Below, piece by piece: positions 63,655 through 64,000 of a DNA stretch of 64,000 nucleotides. A model generated the notes under the pieces. The model ran no database searches and was not told where the DNA came from. It worked only from the letters and a program-made list of their open reading frames with translations. The stretch covers positions 142,885 through 206,884 of the forward strand of contig CAVOVX010000007.1 of assembly GCA_963699965.1 (NCBI GenBank), given 5' to 3'. Each line of letters opens with the position of its first letter. The first letter of the stretch is position 1. This stretch comes from an uncultured Chloroflexia bacterium (GTDB lineage Bacteria > Chloroflexota > Limnocylindria > Limnocylindrales > CSP1-4). The position numbers were made by a program, and so were the translations under genes.

Positions 63655-64000
63655 ATGCGCCGCTGGAGCGAGGTGGCCGAGCGGGTCGCCGCCACGACGC
63701 GAACCTCCGAGAAGACCCGCCTCCTCGCCGACGAGCTGAGGACGCTGCCCGCGGACGAGCTGCCGATCGCAGCCGTGTTCCTCGCCGGGCGACCGTTCGC
63801 CGAGGCCGACAGCCGCTCGACCGGTCTCGGCTGGGCGACGATGGCGTCGGCCGTGACCGGGCTGGCCGGGGTGCCCGCCGGCGCGCTCGGCGAGGCATAC
63901 GACCGATCGTCCGACCTCGGCATCGCCGTCGCCGACGTGCTCGGCCGGGCGAACGGCAGCCACCCGACGGCGAGCGATCCGCCCAGCCTCGAGGACGTGG
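63655..64000 (+). CDS. ATP-dependent DNA ligase, N-terminal DNA-binding domain (3' end beyond the window)
   Basis: ATG at 63655, open to the window edge: MRRWSEVAERVAATTRTSEKTRLLADELRTLPADELPIAAVFLAGRPF...GLGWATMASAV...LGEAYDRSSDLG. Not in the ORF track because no stop is reached. Confidence 0.65.
   Translation, partial: MRRWSEVAERVAATTRTSEKTRLLADELRTLPADELPIAAVFLAGRPFAEADSRSTGLGWATMASAVTGLAGVPAGALGEAYDRSSDLGIAVADVLGRANGSHPTASDPPSLEDV

Noticed and set aside
1-64000. Mobile genetic elements, prophage or an integrative island.
   Set aside because: I found no transposase, integrase, recombinase, phage structural gene, terminal inverted repeats or flanking direct repeats. Apart from two small AT-rich regulatory patches, the composition looks uniform by eye.

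Overview
Very GC-rich (about 70% by eye, not computed), tightly packed chromosomal segment. The gene content looks actinobacterial: polyphosphate glucokinase, an F420/LLM-type oxidoreductase, a GT87-like membrane glycosyltransferase, several ECF sigma factors and mycobacterial-type class III cyclases. I saw no rRNA, intact tRNA, CRISPR array, transposase or integrase. Recognisable content, in order:
- icd (3' part) and purE
- a block of frame-disrupted genes: NUDIX, aldehyde dehydrogenase, K+ channel/RCK, CoxG-like
- an intact co-directional array: APC permease, glutamine-synthetase-like ligase, small membrane protein, SDR, ppgK
- a CPA2 antiporter
- a PadR-Rieske-membrane operon with a striking AT-rich promoter/operator
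- fumC, a methyltransferase, a flavin reductase, an alpha/beta hydrolase and EthD
- two ECF sigma modules, one with a FecR anti-sigma and a paralogous membrane protein that share tandem FN3-like domains
- a dispersed phenylacetate/beta-oxidation set: 2 enoyl-CoA hydratases, paaABCD, a 3-hydroxyacyl-CoA dehydrogenase and a thiolase
- a hydrolase-cyclase fusion
- a LacI-controlled sugar ABC transporter plus GH13_18 phosphorylase locus that is frame-disrupted in every gene
- Fe-S and cell-envelope genes
- a glycine-betaine-type ABC transporter
- two giant paralogous zinc-ribbon/nucleotide-cyclase/STAND-ATPase/helical-repeat proteins bracketing an LLM oxidoreductase
- MerR, GNAT and the 5' end of an ATP-dependent DNA ligase

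Two things stand out. The first is the twin cyclase-STAND genes, whose architecture resembles NLR/Avs-type sensors. The second is the blocky distribution of reading-frame disruptions: some multi-kb stretches are riddled with them while neighbouring 7-12 kb stretches are clean. Many of the longest ORFs in the supplied track are antisense artefacts of the high GC content and were not called. All functional calls rest on motif recognition by eye; no searches were run.
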